Shown: in pieces, positions 8,407-19,328 of the stretch
Position numbering within the stretch: the first letter of the stretch is position 1
How the letters are laid out: each line of letters begins with the position of its first letter
Origin: an uncultured virus (IMG/VR IMGVR_UViG_3300010352_001343)
Taxonomy: Duplodnaviria > Heunggongvirae > Uroviricota > Caudoviricetes
Length of the DNA stretch: 64,000 bases
Direction: 5' to 3' (one strand)
IMG/VR virus record: IMGVR_UViG_3300010352_001343
Translations under genes and position numbers: made by a program
Notes under the pieces: model-generated
The model's database searches: none
Told to the model about the DNA's origin: nothing
Seen by the model: the letters and a program-made list of their open reading frames with translations, nothing else

Positions 8407-10506
8407 ATGCCAGTATTCACAGCGGGGTCACCCAACTCAAATAACCTAGAAATTGGAATTGCCATAGTACTTAAAGATAGGTTCTCTAATCAAGCCAGAG
8501 AAGCTTCTGCTGCTATTAGACAATTACATCGAGATGCCAAGAGTGCTATTAATGCCAATTTACAAGCAGCTAATTCTGCATCAATGGTTGGTATGGCTGC
8601 CGCTGTAGGTATGGGCAACCAAATTAGAAACATAGTACAAGAAGGTGCTAACTTTGTAGATACCATGACCACTGTAAAGGTAATCAGTGGTGCTACAGCT
8701 GAACAATCAGTTATACTTGGTAAAACAGCCAAAGCCTTAGGTGAAAGTACAATGCTATATGCTAGAGATGTTGCATCCGGTATGCAGTATTTAGCTATGT
8801 CCGGTAATAAAGCTAAAGCCATTAATAATATGATCACAGCTGCATCACATATGGCAGTAGCTACTAACATGGAATTAGGTGGTAAGGGTGGTACCGCTGA
8901 CTTACTCACTAACATCATGCATATGTTTAACATAGAGGGTGAGAAGGCTGCTAATGTAGTCGGTGATCAATTAACAAAGGCAGCATTATCAGCTAACATG
9001 TCTATGATGGATTTGGCTGAAGCTATTAAATATGCTGGTAGTGATATGGTACTTTTAAAACAAAATGTACCGCAGGTAGCTGCTATGGCTGGGGTATTAG
9101 GTAATGCTGGTATTCAAGCTTCAATGGCTGGTACTGCCATGTCTAACATGGCAAGATATTTTAATAAAGCTATATCGGATACTAATTATAAAGGAAATAA
9201 GGTATTAAAGAAACTTGGTTTAGGAAAAGAAGATTTCATAGATGCTAAAGGTGATTTATTAGATTTTGGTATAATTCTTGGAAAAATCAAAGAAAGTTTA
9301 AAAGGTGCTAGTTCCACTGATGTAAACCAAGTAATGTTAAATATATTTGGAGTTAGAGGTATGAGAGCTGGGGCTGTTTTAATGAACAACCTAGATACTT
9401 ATAAACAATTACTACATGATATTACCTTTGAATCTCAAGGCTTTATGCAAAACATCGTAGCTGAGAGGATGAGTAATTTATCTGGTTCTCTAGATAGAAT
9501 GGTATCAACCTTGGAGAATATTAGAATTGCTTTCGCTGAATCATTAGGACCAGTATTTATACCAATATTTAATGCTATGTCCTGGGTATTTGGTAAAGTT
9601 AAAGCCTTATTCGAAATACCAGTACTTGGTACTGTTATAAGTACTACAATGGCTTTAGGTGTAGCTATATTAGGGGTTGGTTCTGCTATTATGTTTTTAA
9701 GAACCAAATGGCTTATTCTAAGAAATGATTCTCAAGTAAGTGGGGCCAGTATGTTCTCATTACTCATGGGTGGATGGGATGGAGCCAGACTAAAAGCCGA
9801 AAGGTATATGGCAGTTGAGAATGCCATTATTGCACAAAGAAAAGCCGGCATTATGGGTAATGTACCATATTCAGTTATGCAAACGATGCCAAGTGGAACT
9901 GTACTTAATGGGGTTAAACAAGTTACTACTAAAGCTGGTAAACAAATATATTTTCAACAAACCGAAGAAGGTGGTTGGAAAAGAGTATCGGCTGCTTTTG
10001 GAGTAGGTATGATGGCTTCAGCTAATGCAAAACAAACTACTGAAACCTTAATGGGTGGGGCCGCTGCAGATGGGGCTAAGAAAATGATCGGTGGTACTGG
10101 TATATTGAAATCTATTGGTGGAGTTTTAGGTAAAGCTCTTGGATTTTTAACTGGCCCATGGGGTATGGGTATTATGGCTGCTGCCACTATAGGTATACCT
10201 TTATTAAGATCAGCTTTAAGTGGTTTAAAGAGCTCTGTTGATAATTCAAAAGATTCTACCTTATCATTAGAAGAAACCATACAACGTGATATCCAACAAC
10301 GGCAAGCCGAGAAAGATAATCCAACTAGTGAAGATCTTTTGAAAGAAATGAGGGCTTTAGTACAATCAATTCAATATTGGTCAAAAGGTGGTAATCTAAA
10401 TAAGAAACCACAAGTAATAACAATTAATATTGATGGTAAAGGTGTTATGAAACAAGTTATAGAAGAGTATGAAAAAGATATTAATATTGACACAAACACT
10501 AAATAA
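8407..10506 (+). CDS. tail tape measure protein (TP901-type core)
   Basis: Ala/Gly/Met-rich helical protein; LAEAIKYAG, LGNAGIQASMAGTA and IFGVRG motifs. Confidence 0.9.
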   Translation: MPVFTAGSPNSNNLEIGIAIVLKDRFSNQAREASAAIRQLHRDAKSAINANLQAANSASMVGMAAAVGMGNQIRNIVQEGANFVDTMTTVKVISGATAEQSVILGKTAKALGESTMLYARDVASGMQYLAMSGNKAKAINNMITAASHMAVATNMELGGKGGTADLLTNIMHMFNIEGEKAANVVGDQLTKAALSANMSMMDLAEAIKYAGSDMVLLKQNVPQVAAMAGVLGNAGIQASMAGTAMSNMARYFNKAISDTNYKGNKVLKKLGLGKEDFIDAKGDLLDFGIILGKIKESLKGASSTDVNQVMLNIFGVRGMRAGAVLMNNLDTYKQLLHDITFESQGFMQNIVAERMSNLSGSLDRMVSTLENIRIAFAESLGPVFIPIFNAMSWVFGKVKALFEIPVLGTVISTTMALGVAILGVGSAIMFLRTKWLILRNDSQVSGASMFSLLMGGWDGARLKAERYMAVENAIIAQRKAGIMGNVPYSVMQTMPSGTVLNGVKQVTTKAGKQIYFQQTEEGGWKRVSAAFGVGMMASANAKQTTETLMGGAAADGAKKMIGGTGILKSIGGVLGKALGFLTGPWGMGIMAAATIGIPLLRSALSGLKSSVDNSKDSTLSLEETIQRDIQQRQAEKDNPTSEDLLKEMRALVQSIQYWSKGGNLNKKPQVITINIDGKGVMKQVIEEYEKDINIDTNTK

Positions 10507-10508
10507 CT

Positions 10509-11315
10509 ATGGCTACTGAATCTAATAAAAAATATGAATTATCTGGTTGGACTACCTTATTAATGCAAGGTTTAAGAGCTGGAGAGATTTCTGCAAGAAA
10601 ATCTGCTGGATTTGAAGTTGGTGATGGTATAGTAAATATTGAAGGTAGAAAAGCCGATGTATTAAATACACATAACCAACTTAATAAATCTTTGAATAGT
10701 ATTATTAATATCCCACAAATCAACCAAATACCAACTGATAGTAATATTACTGATTCCACTGATTACAAAAAATATAAACAACAAATTGTTTTAGTAAATG
10801 ATTCACAGAGTCCTGTAGTACAGGTAGCATTACAAGTTATACCAGCTGAAATTCGAGAAGATGGTAATACACAGTGGAATCAGGTAAGAGGTATGGGTAT
10901 GAACAACCCATTTCAAATCTATACTGGTAGCGAAGATACATTATCATTTGAAATTAGTTGGTTTGCTACAAATGATAAAGACCGTAGTGATGTTATCAAT
11001 AAATGCAGATTATTACAAGCCTGGTCTAAAGCGGATGGCTATAAATCATCGCCACCAGTAATTAAAGTGGTATGGGGGGATTCAGATATATTTGCGGAAG
11101 ACCAGTTTATTGTTTCTTCAGCTGGTTATAAATTAACCAATTTCCAAAAGTATTATAAAGACAGTGCTACTAAAGAGGTAGTTAACCTTGGTCTTTATCC
11201 TAACGTAGCGGTTCAACAAATTACTTTGAAGAAAGTATCATTTGATAACCAAACCCATGAAAGTATAGTTAAAGAATCAGATTTAAGAAGAACACCCGGA
11301 GTAAGATATTATTAA
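10509..11315 (+). CDS. tail tube initiator/baseplate tube-like protein
   Basis: Follows tape measure; P.EI......W..V...G.NNP...YTG and PP..V.WG pattern. Confidence 0.55.
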   Translation: MATESNKKYELSGWTTLLMQGLRAGEISARKSAGFEVGDGIVNIEGRKADVLNTHNQLNKSLNSIINIPQINQIPTDSNITDSTDYKKYKQQIVLVNDSQSPVVQVALQVIPAEIREDGNTQWNQVRGMGMNNPFQIYTGSEDTLSFEISWFATNDKDRSDVINKCRLLQAWSKADGYKSSPPVIKVVWGDSDIFAEDQFIVSSAGYKLTNFQKYYKDSATKEVVNLGLYPNVAVQQITLKKVSFDNQTHESIVKESDLRRTPGVRYY

Positions 11316-11317
11316 TT

Positions 11318-11572
11318 ATGAATAGCCCATACGATGACTCATTTGGTATTCAATACCAAGATGGGACAATAGAAATTGAAAGAAGAGTTTTTAATAAAAC
11401 AGTTTTAAAAACTAAACTACACATTGTTAAAGATGGTGAGAATCTACTTGATATATCTTACACTTATTATAAAGACAAAGGTGCTTGGCATATTATAGCT
11501 GATTATAATAACTTACAAGATATCCTAGAAGAAGTTTATGTAGGCAAAGAACTATTAATACCAATACTATAA
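11318..11572 (+). CDS. LysM/tail-X-like baseplate protein
   Basis: HIVKDGENLLDISYTYY....WHIIADYN.L......G..L.IP. Confidence 0.8.
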   Translation: MNSPYDDSFGIQYQDGTIEIERRVFNKTVLKTKLHIVKDGENLLDISYTYYKDKGAWHIIADYNNLQDILEEVYVGKELLIPIL

Positions 11573-12096
11573 TGGATGAAACTTATATTCTAAAAAAAGG
11601 TACTGGGATGCCTTATTTGGCTATTTTCGATGGGGATGGAAAACCAATCATTGATGAATTAATCAATAAACCAATAGGTCTTTTTGTAACTAAGTTTACT
11701 TATGTTTCAGATGAAGATGAAATTGATAATGGTAGTATAACCTTAAATTGTAGTAACCCAGATCTACCATCAAATAAAAAACTAATGTATAGGGCCCCAT
11801 TACAATTACAATGGGGTTGGTTATTCCCAGATAAATCAAAGTTAGTAGGACCACTAAAAAAAGTTATCATTAAGAAAAGAAAAACTTCTTTTACAAGTAC
11901 TGGTGTAGAAATGGTAATAAGCATCGCCTGTTCATCTTCATTTACTAAAAGTATGCCACCAAATTATAGTGGTATAACCTCAGATTTTGGAACTTTTGTA
12001 CAGGGATTACTAAATGGTGATCCAGCCGTAGAGATTTTAGATTACGATTTTACTACAGATTTTAATAAACCTGTTACCTATGAAAGAATTGACTAA
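11572..12096 (+). CDS. baseplate hub, N-terminal part (gpD/gp27-like)
   Basis: F.Y...E...D.G.I.L and L.LQWGW pattern; position. Confidence 0.5.
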   Translation: MDETYILKKGTGMPYLAIFDGDGKPIIDELINKPIGLFVTKFTYVSDEDEIDNGSITLNCSNPDLPSNKKLMYRAPLQLQWGWLFPDKSKLVGPLKKVIIKKRKTSFTSTGVEMVISIACSSSFTKSMPPNYSGITSDFGTFVQGLLNGDPAVEILDYDFTTDFNKPVTYERID

Positions 12097-13786
12097 TGAA
12101 CCAGATGAACCACCTGTAGAAGGTGAAGAAGAAATACCAGAAGTATATAAAACACCACAAGAACCAACTCAACAACGAGGTGTTTCTTTACCAACTAAAA
12201 GGGCTATAAAAATAGAGGTTATAACCGATGAAATTAAAAAGAGGATGCAGGAAAATCCAGATAGGTTTAGAACTTACTCCAACCCATTCACTTCGGCTAG
12301 AACTGTTTTATATGGTTTAGATAATTTAAAAAATAGTCGTTGGAAATTAATCAGAGATGTAGCCAGAAATATTCCAAGTAGTGTAGCTAAAGGTCCCTTT
12401 AATGTAATGGGCTCAGATGGAAAAATTGTTATCCACAATGGGCAACATAATCAATCGGCAATGTTAAGGTATGTATGGAATGGTGGTAATGGTGAATTAC
12501 TATCATTCGATGTATCAGATGATTTTACTGAATCAACAGTCGAAGTTGCACAACAATCTACTATAGATGGTGATACTAAAGAAGTTAAAACAACTACTGT
12601 ACAAACAACTTCAAAAGAAGTACAAACTAAAGGTGAAGAGGTTGTTTGGTTAGATAATAAATTTTTTCAAGATCCAAGGCAACAACCTAAATGGAATGAA
12701 AAAGATAAAACTATGGTAGATAGTAGGGGTTATGTAGCTTTACCAACTGAGGTTAAAAAAGCTACTACTATAACTTACAAATCAGATACTGATGCTAAAA
12801 ATCAAATAAGGGATTCATATAGAGTTACACAAGAAGATGTAGACCTATATTTATCAACATTAAAGCAAAAGTATGAAGAATTTAGTAATGCTAGTAATGG
12901 TGGTGATATAACCACTTTTATGAATTTACTACGTAAAAGTAATACACTGGATGACTATGTAATCAAAAAGAAAGTAACTGTTCAAAAACAAATAAACCCA
13001 ATTGATATTAGTGGATTGTATGATAATAAAAAATACAATAGACTAGATCCTGCCTCAACAAAGAATGTTGATATGACTACTTGGTGGTATGAAGGTTTTA
13101 AACGTATCAGGGCTGCTGGTTATACAATAGTACCAAAAAGAGAAAAATATCCAACTGCTAACAATTATGGTTATAGCGCTAGAGATTTAGATGCTATAAC
13201 AGTATTAGAAGAAATAGAAGTTGAAATCCCAATATCTGGTGCCAGAGTTTTAGCATCACCATTTATGGAAAGTTCAATGGCTGGTGTTGGTGGTGATATT
13301 GTTAAGAAAACTGAAAATGAAGTAAAAGCTACAGCACAATTACTTGGGCACCCATTAATAATGTGTTCAAGAGTTATAGAGATTGATAATGTTGGTCAAA
13401 GGTATTCTGGTGACTGGTATGTAAAGAAAGTAACACATGAAATGTCAAATGGTGATTATACTTGTAATGTTGATTTTAAAAAGAAGTCATTATTAATAAG
13501 TAAAGTAACTTATGACCAAAAGATACCAACTCAAAATATTTATACTAAAATAAATAAGACTGCCGTAGAAAGTATTAATAGTGGGGTATATCTAACTTAT
13601 CCAAGGGTAAAAGCCTATGTTGAAAAAGTAAAAGAATCATCACTTTATAAAGGTAAATCTTTGTTGGTTGATGTAGTATCTAAAGTACCTTTGGTAATTA
13701 ATATCTATGATGCTAATATCAGATTTGATGTTAGTAAACCACTAATCAATGTAAATCTTGATAAAAATGGAGAACCAAACAAATGA
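12080..13786 (+). CDS. baseplate hub, C-terminal part with large insertion
   Basis: GHP......VIEIDNVGQRYSGDWYVKKVTHEMSNGDYT matches the C-terminal pattern of gpD-like hubs. Confidence 0.6.
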   Translation: MKELTNEPDEPPVEGEEEIPEVYKTPQEPTQQRGVSLPTKRAIKIEVITDEIKKRMQENPDRFRTYSNPFTSARTVLYGLDNLKNSRWKLIRDVARNIPSSVAKGPFNVMGSDGKIVIHNGQHNQSAMLRYVWNGGNGELLSFDVSDDFTESTVEVAQQSTIDGDTKEVKTTTVQTTSKEVQTKGEEVVWLDNKFFQDPRQQPKWNEKDKTMVDSRGYVALPTEVKKATTITYKSDTDAKNQIRDSYRVTQEDVDLYLSTLKQKYEEFSNASNGGDITTFMNLLRKSNTLDDYVIKKKVTVQKQINPIDISGLYDNKKYNRLDPASTKNVDMTTWWYEGFKRIRAAGYTIVPKREKYPTANNYGYSARDLDAITVLEEIEVEIPISGARVLASPFMESSMAGVGGDIVKKTENEVKATAQLLGHPLIMCSRVIEIDNVGQRYSGDWYVKKVTHEMSNGDYTCNVDFKKKSLLISKVTYDQKIPTQNIYTKINKTAVESINSGVYLTYPRVKAYVEKVKESSLYKGKSLLVDVVSKVPLVINIYDANIRFDVSKPLINVNLDKNGEPNK

Positions 13787-14526
13787 CAATAACTGATATT
13801 ATACAAGAACGTGGGTTAGAAGGTCTAGGTAGATATTATGGTAAGTATAGGGGTGTTGTAGTGGATAATAATGACCCATCTAATCAAAATAGACTACTTG
13901 TCCAAGTACCTGGAATTCTTAATTGTGAACCCATATTAACTACATCATCCAACCAACAGGGTGGTGTAGATTTTGGGTTTAAACACCCAACTCCACAACA
14001 AGGTGAAATAGTTTGGGTAGAGTTTGAAAATGGTATTCCATTAAAAGGTATTTGGAGTTATCATGGTTGGGCTAATGGGGAAACACCAAAAGAATTCAAT
14101 AAAGATACCTTTGGTTTTAAAAGGCCAAATGGTAATAAGATTATCTGGAATGATATTGATGGTAGTTTACATATCAAAGTAATTGGAAAATCCGTTATTG
14201 AAACAGACGATGACATTTCTGTAACTTCAAAAGGTTCAGTAACTGTAACCTCCGAAAAAGAAATTACTATAAAAGGTTCTACAGTTAACCTAATTAATGG
14301 TGAAGAGGGTTTACTTAAAGCTAATAAGATGGTGACTGAATTAAATGAAGTTAAATCAACACTACGTAAGGTTTTAAGTTTCTTAAGAAGTTTTACACCA
14401 ACTGGTACTTCTGCTGATGCAGGAACATGGCAAGGTTTGATAAATACATTAATCCCACTTACTGTAACAGTTGAAGATACTCTTATAGAGACAGTAGTTA
14501 ATAACAATGTAAAACAAGAAAAATAA
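13783..14526 (+). CDS. baseplate spike (gpV/gp5 OB-fold)
   Basis: YYGKYRGVVVDNNDP....RL.V.VP and P..GE.VWVEFENG motifs. Confidence 0.85.
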   Translation: MTITDIIQERGLEGLGRYYGKYRGVVVDNNDPSNQNRLLVQVPGILNCEPILTTSSNQQGGVDFGFKHPTPQQGEIVWVEFENGIPLKGIWSYHGWANGETPKEFNKDTFGFKRPNGNKIIWNDIDGSLHIKVIGKSVIETDDDISVTSKGSVTVTSEKEITIKGSTVNLINGEEGLLKANKMVTELNEVKSTLRKVLSFLRSFTPTGTSADAGTWQGLINTLIPLTVTVEDTLIETVVNNNVKQEK

Positions 14527-14954
14527 TGGCTGAGACAAATGTAAATAAACTTTATATTGGTAGTGGTGCAGGATTCCCAATACAACTAACCGAGAATGAT
14601 GATGGTACTTTTGGTTGGAGAATTTCTGAGGGTGATATTAATTTAATCAAACAAAACTTGGTTACCTATTTTAATACACCAATCACTTCAAGGTTCAGGG
14701 ATGAAACTTTTGGTACTAGATTACACTCTATCTTAGAAGAACCTAATACTAATGTTCTTAGAAGACTAGTAAAAGATTGGGTTATCAGTGGTATAAATTC
14801 ATGGGAACCACGTTTAAAGTCTCTAGAAATTAAAACAATCGCTACCGAAATTGGTATAAAAATCATAATTAATGGTAAGATTGGTAATACCCCAGTGAAT
14901 GAGTTAACTTTTTATTACAACAAACAAAACAATCAATTCTATGCCAACACCTAA
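14526..14954 (+). CDS. baseplate wedge protein gp25/gpW-like
   Basis: G.G..FPI, IKQNL, R....FGTRL..ILEEPN, WEPR motifs. Confidence 0.85.
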   Translation: MAETNVNKLYIGSGAGFPIQLTENDDGTFGWRISEGDINLIKQNLVTYFNTPITSRFRDETFGTRLHSILEEPNTNVLRRLVKDWVISGINSWEPRLKSLEIKTIATEIGIKIIINGKIGNTPVNELTFYYNKQNNQFYANT

Positions 14955-16650
14955 CAACCCATGGCTAAATCAATATCAAAGGTCTTATACTACTATTAAA
15001 AATAAATTATTATCTAAATTAACTACTAATCTACCAGAGGTTACAGATCGTAGTGAAGGTAATATTTTTATTATGTTAATTAGTATGTTTGCTGCTATTG
15101 GAGAAGTAATTCATTACTACTTAGATAGTAAAACTAGAGAAGCTTTTATGCCAGTAGCTAAAAGATATGACTCTTTACAACTACACGCAAAAACAATAGA
15201 TTACCACATTAGAGGTGCTATACCATCTACTGTGGATATTCTGGTTTATAAAAGCAATTCGCAACCATCTAACACTGATATAACCATACCAGCTGGTACT
15301 GAGTTTACTTCAGATGAAGGCTTTAAATGGTTAAGTACAAAAACTGTTATATGGAGATCAGGACAATATTCAATAAGAGTACCAGTTAAACAATTTGAAA
15401 ATCGTTATACAGATTATACTAATATAGTAACTACTTCTAACCGTTTAAAATATATCAATATAATTGATATACCATCTAATAAATATTATGCTGATGGCAC
15501 TATGGAATGTATTATAGGTGGAGAACAATGGGAATTAGTTGAAACCTTTGCTTACTATAAATCAAACTCTAAAGTATTTATTATTGATGTATTAGAAGAT
15601 GGAACACCACAAATCAATTTTGGAGATGGTATATATGGAGCAATCCCTGGCCAAGGGCTTCAAGTAAATATAAATTTCAAAGTTACTAATGGTAGAAATA
15701 TTGTGAAAGATTCTTTTAACAATTCTATACCAACACTACTTTCTAATGTTGACTCCACTATAAAATTAAAAAACATACATGATTCATCTGGTGCTTCTAC
15801 ATCAGAAAGTTTTGATATGCTAAAAGAACACCTACCATTAAGTTTAAAAACTATGGGTACAGCCATAACTAAAGATGATTATGAGTCTTTAGCTAAATTA
15901 GCGCCTGGAGTTGATAAAGCTTATGTTAATTATATCTGTGGTAGATTTATACAAATCTATATAACCCCCGATGGTGGTGGTATAGCTGGGCAGGCTTTAT
16001 TAGACTCTACTTATCAATTCCTTTTTAAACATAAAGTTTTTATAACCTCAATAGACATCAGGCCTACTATAGTTACTAAAGCTTTTATAACTCTTACAAT
16101 TAAAGGTAAACCATCTTTCAATTCTATAACCATTACAAACCAAGTAAAGAAAGCTTTGATAGATGAGTATAATACAAATACTTCTTCAATAAATAAACCA
16201 TTAAGATTATCAGACCTGTATTCGATACTTGACCAATTATCAACTGTTGATTACTTAACCATTGATAAACTATTCTTAATGCCATACAATGAGAATAGAA
16301 ATACTGTTGTTGGACAACCAGAACTGGTAATCACAAATTTTAATGAAATTGAATTTAATGGTACCGGCGAAGAATTTTTTATTGTTAAAATAATTGATAC
16401 ATCAAATTATATTATTTATTCTTCTAGTACCACAGAGAATTTAATAAATTGTATATTTAATTCTAGTGTGTTAATACAAGGGGTAAAAGCAAAATTTTAT
16501 ATAACTATTGATGGTACTGTAGATTATCCAACTGATGCCATGTACAAATTAACAGTTCAAGGTTTAACTACTAACTTAGTACCTTATGGTTATGCCATTC
16601 CAATATTTGAATCTGACAGTATAAATGTTATAGTAGATGAGACAGTTTAA
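14941..16650 (+). CDS. baseplate J/gp6-like wedge protein
   Basis: TD.SEGN, IPAGT.F, INFGDG..G.IP, AITKDDYE.LA...PGV.KA motifs. Confidence 0.85.
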   Translation: MPTPNNPWLNQYQRSYTTIKNKLLSKLTTNLPEVTDRSEGNIFIMLISMFAAIGEVIHYYLDSKTREAFMPVAKRYDSLQLHAKTIDYHIRGAIPSTVDILVYKSNSQPSNTDITIPAGTEFTSDEGFKWLSTKTVIWRSGQYSIRVPVKQFENRYTDYTNIVTTSNRLKYINIIDIPSNKYYADGTMECIIGGEQWELVETFAYYKSNSKVFIIDVLEDGTPQINFGDGIYGAIPGQGLQVNINFKVTNGRNIVKDSFNNSIPTLLSNVDSTIKLKNIHDSSGASTSESFDMLKEHLPLSLKTMGTAITKDDYESLAKLAPGVDKAYVNYICGRFIQIYITPDGGGIAGQALLDSTYQFLFKHKVFITSIDIRPTIVTKAFITLTIKGKPSFNSITITNQVKKALIDEYNTNTSSINKPLRLSDLYSILDQLSTVDYLTIDKLFLMPYNENRNTVVGQPELVITNFNEIEFNGTGEEFFIVKIIDTSNYIIYSSSTTENLINCIFNSSVLIQGVKAKFYITIDGTVDYPTDAMYKLTVQGLTTNLVPYGYAIPIFESDSINVIVDETV

Positions 16651-17335
16651 CTACAAAAACAAACTCTTTGATATGTTCTTCACTGGCTATCATAGAGAGT
16701 ATGATTCATACAAATATACTAACCAAAAAGGTTTATTAGAAAGGTTTGTAGAAGTATGTGGTGAATACTTAGATGAAGAAATCAATCCTTTAATTGATAA
16801 TCATCTAAATATGTTAGATTTTGAAAAATGCCCAGAAGAACTACTAGTTTATTGGTGGGAGTATTTTGGATCTATACCTTACGCTTATCAAGTTCTTAAC
16901 CAATCAGAAGAGGTTGTATTACCATACCCAAATGCTAACACTAGGGATGTTTTAAAATATGCCATCTCTTTATATAAAATTAGATGTACCCATCTGTTTT
17001 ATGAAGTACTTGGTAAATTTTATAATGTAGTATTTGAGTTGATACCACAAAACTTTACTGAATTGGCTGAACCTTACTCTAAGTATGATAAGGAACACAT
17101 TAACTTTGATTCTAAATATAGTTTTGATAAAAACAACTGTCTAGAATGTTTAAAATTTAAAGTAAAAATTCATATCCCACAAGGCGTTTTTGAACACTTT
17201 GAGAATACTAATGAGTGGGATAAATTAAAAAAATCATTCTTATTAGTATTGAATAAATACCTGCCACCACATGTAGAATTAATAACTAGTGATGACATCG
17301 AGTTTATAAGTAGTACTGCAATTATTAATTTATAA
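16637..17335 (+). CDS. baseplate/tail protein I-like
   Basis: D.EKCPEELL.Y, R.VLKYAI.LYKIR, KYLPPHV; follows the J-like gene. Confidence 0.65.
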   Translation: MRQFNYKNKLFDMFFTGYHREYDSYKYTNQKGLLERFVEVCGEYLDEEINPLIDNHLNMLDFEKCPEELLVYWWEYFGSIPYAYQVLNQSEEVVLPYPNANTRDVLKYAISLYKIRCTHLFYEVLGKFYNVVFELIPQNFTELAEPYSKYDKEHINFDSKYSFDKNNCLECLKFKVKIHIPQGVFEHFENTNEWDKLKKSFLLVLNKYLPPHVELITSDDIEFISSTAIINL

Positions 17336-17345
17336 AACATAAACA

Positions 17346-18587
17346 ATGAGACAAACCACAATAGTAAACAATGTAGTTAACCCAAGGTATTATCATATCT
17401 GGGAAGATAATATTGAATCAAAAGGCGTAATGGAAGCTATAGGTACAGCTGTTGGTATAGGACCAGTTATTGGTTTTGATATAGTTGATACTACTAAAAA
17501 CTATTTATCAGTTACTGGTATTACAAATCCAAGTATAAATCCGATATCTATTGCACCAAAACAAAGTTTAGTAAAAGGTTCTTCAAAATACTTAAAGATC
17601 TCAAACAAAGCTAACCAATCAGGCTTTGTAGTAAATGCTCATATAACGCCTGATGGATTATTAAGTATAGACCCAGCAGTTATAGATATTCCATCTATGG
17701 CTATTAATTGGACAAACATTAACAATAATTCTGAATGTAAGGTAATAGCTTTAATAGCTGGACATGTTTATGAAGAAGTTGAAGATGAAGAAGGAGTTAT
17801 CTACCCAACAATTTATAACTTTAGAGCTGTTGATTTAACACCTTACTTTATTGAGAGTATCTTAACTAAACCACTATCTGCACATTGGTCACTTCAATCT
17901 GGTGCTATGACATATGCAATGTCATTAGCTTCTGGTTTTAATAGGAACACCGAAGTACTAATTGGTTTATATATTCTTGGGGATACCTCTTATCTAGAAA
18001 GTGATCAATGGTATTATGATACTTATGGTAAAGTATTTCCATTAGTAAACTACAACTCTACCTGGCCACAGTATAATAATATGGGTGACAGGTATATGAA
18101 TAAGTTATTTGAAAACTTATACTTTCAACTACCCGCATCATCTAAAGAATTAAACTGGGCCCATATCTATGCTAGTAAAGCGGCTTTAGATACTAACCCA
18201 CCAGTACCAATGGATACTGATAGCATTTGGGTTGATAAATCACACAACATACCACCAGGCCTAGTTATAAATGAGTTGGAATATAATAACTCATTTATAG
18301 TAAATGGGATAGGTTGTTTCAGGATATCATTTGAATTAATGATACCAACTACTGCTGTAAAGTTTCAAAATATACTAGAATCAACTTTAAGTTTTGAAGT
18401 TGAAGCTAGTAATACAACTGATATACCTGCCAGTGAAGTATTAGAAGTGATACATAAAAGTTGTAATTTAAAGTATCATACTCTAAGCCATATTGCATAT
18501 ATAAACTGTGATTGTTTTATTAGGGTTGGGACTTTAACCAATAACAATAAATTTCCGAAATTTAAAATATCATTTGCAAGCCTTTAA
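17346..18587 (+). CDS. putative tail/baseplate-attached structural protein
   Basis: Last gene of the tail operon; no motif recognised. Confidence 0.45.
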   Translation: MRQTTIVNNVVNPRYYHIWEDNIESKGVMEAIGTAVGIGPVIGFDIVDTTKNYLSVTGITNPSINPISIAPKQSLVKGSSKYLKISNKANQSGFVVNAHITPDGLLSIDPAVIDIPSMAINWTNINNNSECKVIALIAGHVYEEVEDEEGVIYPTIYNFRAVDLTPYFIESILTKPLSAHWSLQSGAMTYAMSLASGFNRNTEVLIGLYILGDTSYLESDQWYYDTYGKVFPLVNYNSTWPQYNNMGDRYMNKLFENLYFQLPASSKELNWAHIYASKAALDTNPPVPMDTDSIWVDKSHNIPPGLVINELEYNNSFIVNGIGCFRISFELMIPTTAVKFQNILESTLSFEVEASNTTDIPASEVLEVIHKSCNLKYHTLSHIAYINCDCFIRVGTLTNNNKFPKFKISFASL

Positions 18588-18618
18588 CCTTGTTTAGGTG
18601 TTCTTCCATGATTGTGTG

Positions 18619-18662
18619 AGGCCATCGTTTGAATTAAATACTTAATTCAACCTTGGCCTTTT
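18619..18662. terminator. hairpin between convergent genes (probably bidirectional terminator)
   Basis: AGGCCA..TTGAATTAA-atac-TTAATTCAA..TGGCCT followed by T run. Confidence 0.6.
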
Positions 18663-19290
18663 CTAGCGTGATTGCTATATTCCTCTTGATAGATGTGAAG
18701 TACTTGATGGAATCTCTAGACCTATCATATTCAAAAAAATCTATTAAATGTAGAATAGTTAACTTTCCACCAGATTCTTTTAAACGTTCTCTAAAGAATG
18801 GTGGAGGATTCAATTGGATTTGATATATTAAATATTCATCTGGTGATAAGTTTTTCAAAAGGAAATTTTCTAAGATGGTATGATACATATTAAATTCTTC
18901 AACTGGTTCAAATAATTCTAGATCTTCTTTAGAATCATCTAATAAAGTATCAAATGAAACTAGATTTTGATTATATTCTGCAGCCTCAGAATATCCAGAC
19001 CTCATTAATTTGTATGAATACTGAGTTAAAGAAACAAGTAAATGGGCTTTTAATTTTTCAAAATCCATTTTATCTTGATATTTATTAAATACAAATAAAA
19101 ATTTATCCCAGAAAAAACTCTCTATTAAATCTGGTCCAATATTTAAACGTCTGTAGTCTATCCTTTTTGTCAGTTTTCTAATTTGAGGTCTACAAAGTTT
19201 ATAAAGTTTATTAAAGATAATAGGGTTGTAAGATTTAATTTCTGTTAATCTGTGAAGTTCACTGCCTTGGACTTTGTCTTTCATAACCAT
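18634..19290 (-). CDS. sigma-70/ECF-like transcription factor
   Basis: Region-2-like FNKLYKLCRPQIRKLTKRI...DLIESFFWDKFL; VSFDTLL linker; region-4-like LSPDEYLIY...IKRNI..TLEKAK. ATG at 19290 or 19284 is more likely than the track start. Confidence 0.55.
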   Translation of the reverse strand: MVMKDKVQGSELHRLTEIKSYNPIIFNKLYKLCRPQIRKLTKRIDYRRLNIGPDLIESFFWDKFLFVFNKYQDKMDFEKLKAHLLVSLTQYSYKLMRSGYSEAAEYNQNLVSFDTLLDDSKEDLELFEPVEEFNMYHTILENFLLKNLSPDEYLIYQIQLNPPPFFRERLKESGGKLTILHLIDFFEYDRSRDSIKYFTSIKRNIAITLEKAKVELSI

Positions 19291-19320
19291 TTGATTTTGA
19301 TAAAAACTATTAATTTTTGG

Positions 19321-19328
19321 CAAAAATA
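19321..19328 (-). promoter_or_regulatory. Bacteroidota-type -7 box (TATTTTTG) for the sigma-like gene
   Basis: TAnnTTTG on the minus strand, 30 nt upstream of ATG 19290. Confidence 0.5.

Noticed and set aside
8490..10759. Several minus-strand ORFs within the tape measure and next gene
   Set aside because: Antisense to well-supported genes; same reasoning applies to 14061-14585 and similar shadows
5197..17335. Bacterial contractile injection system or tailocin
   Set aside because: Embedded with lysis, replication and early phage genes, so it is better explained as a phage tail
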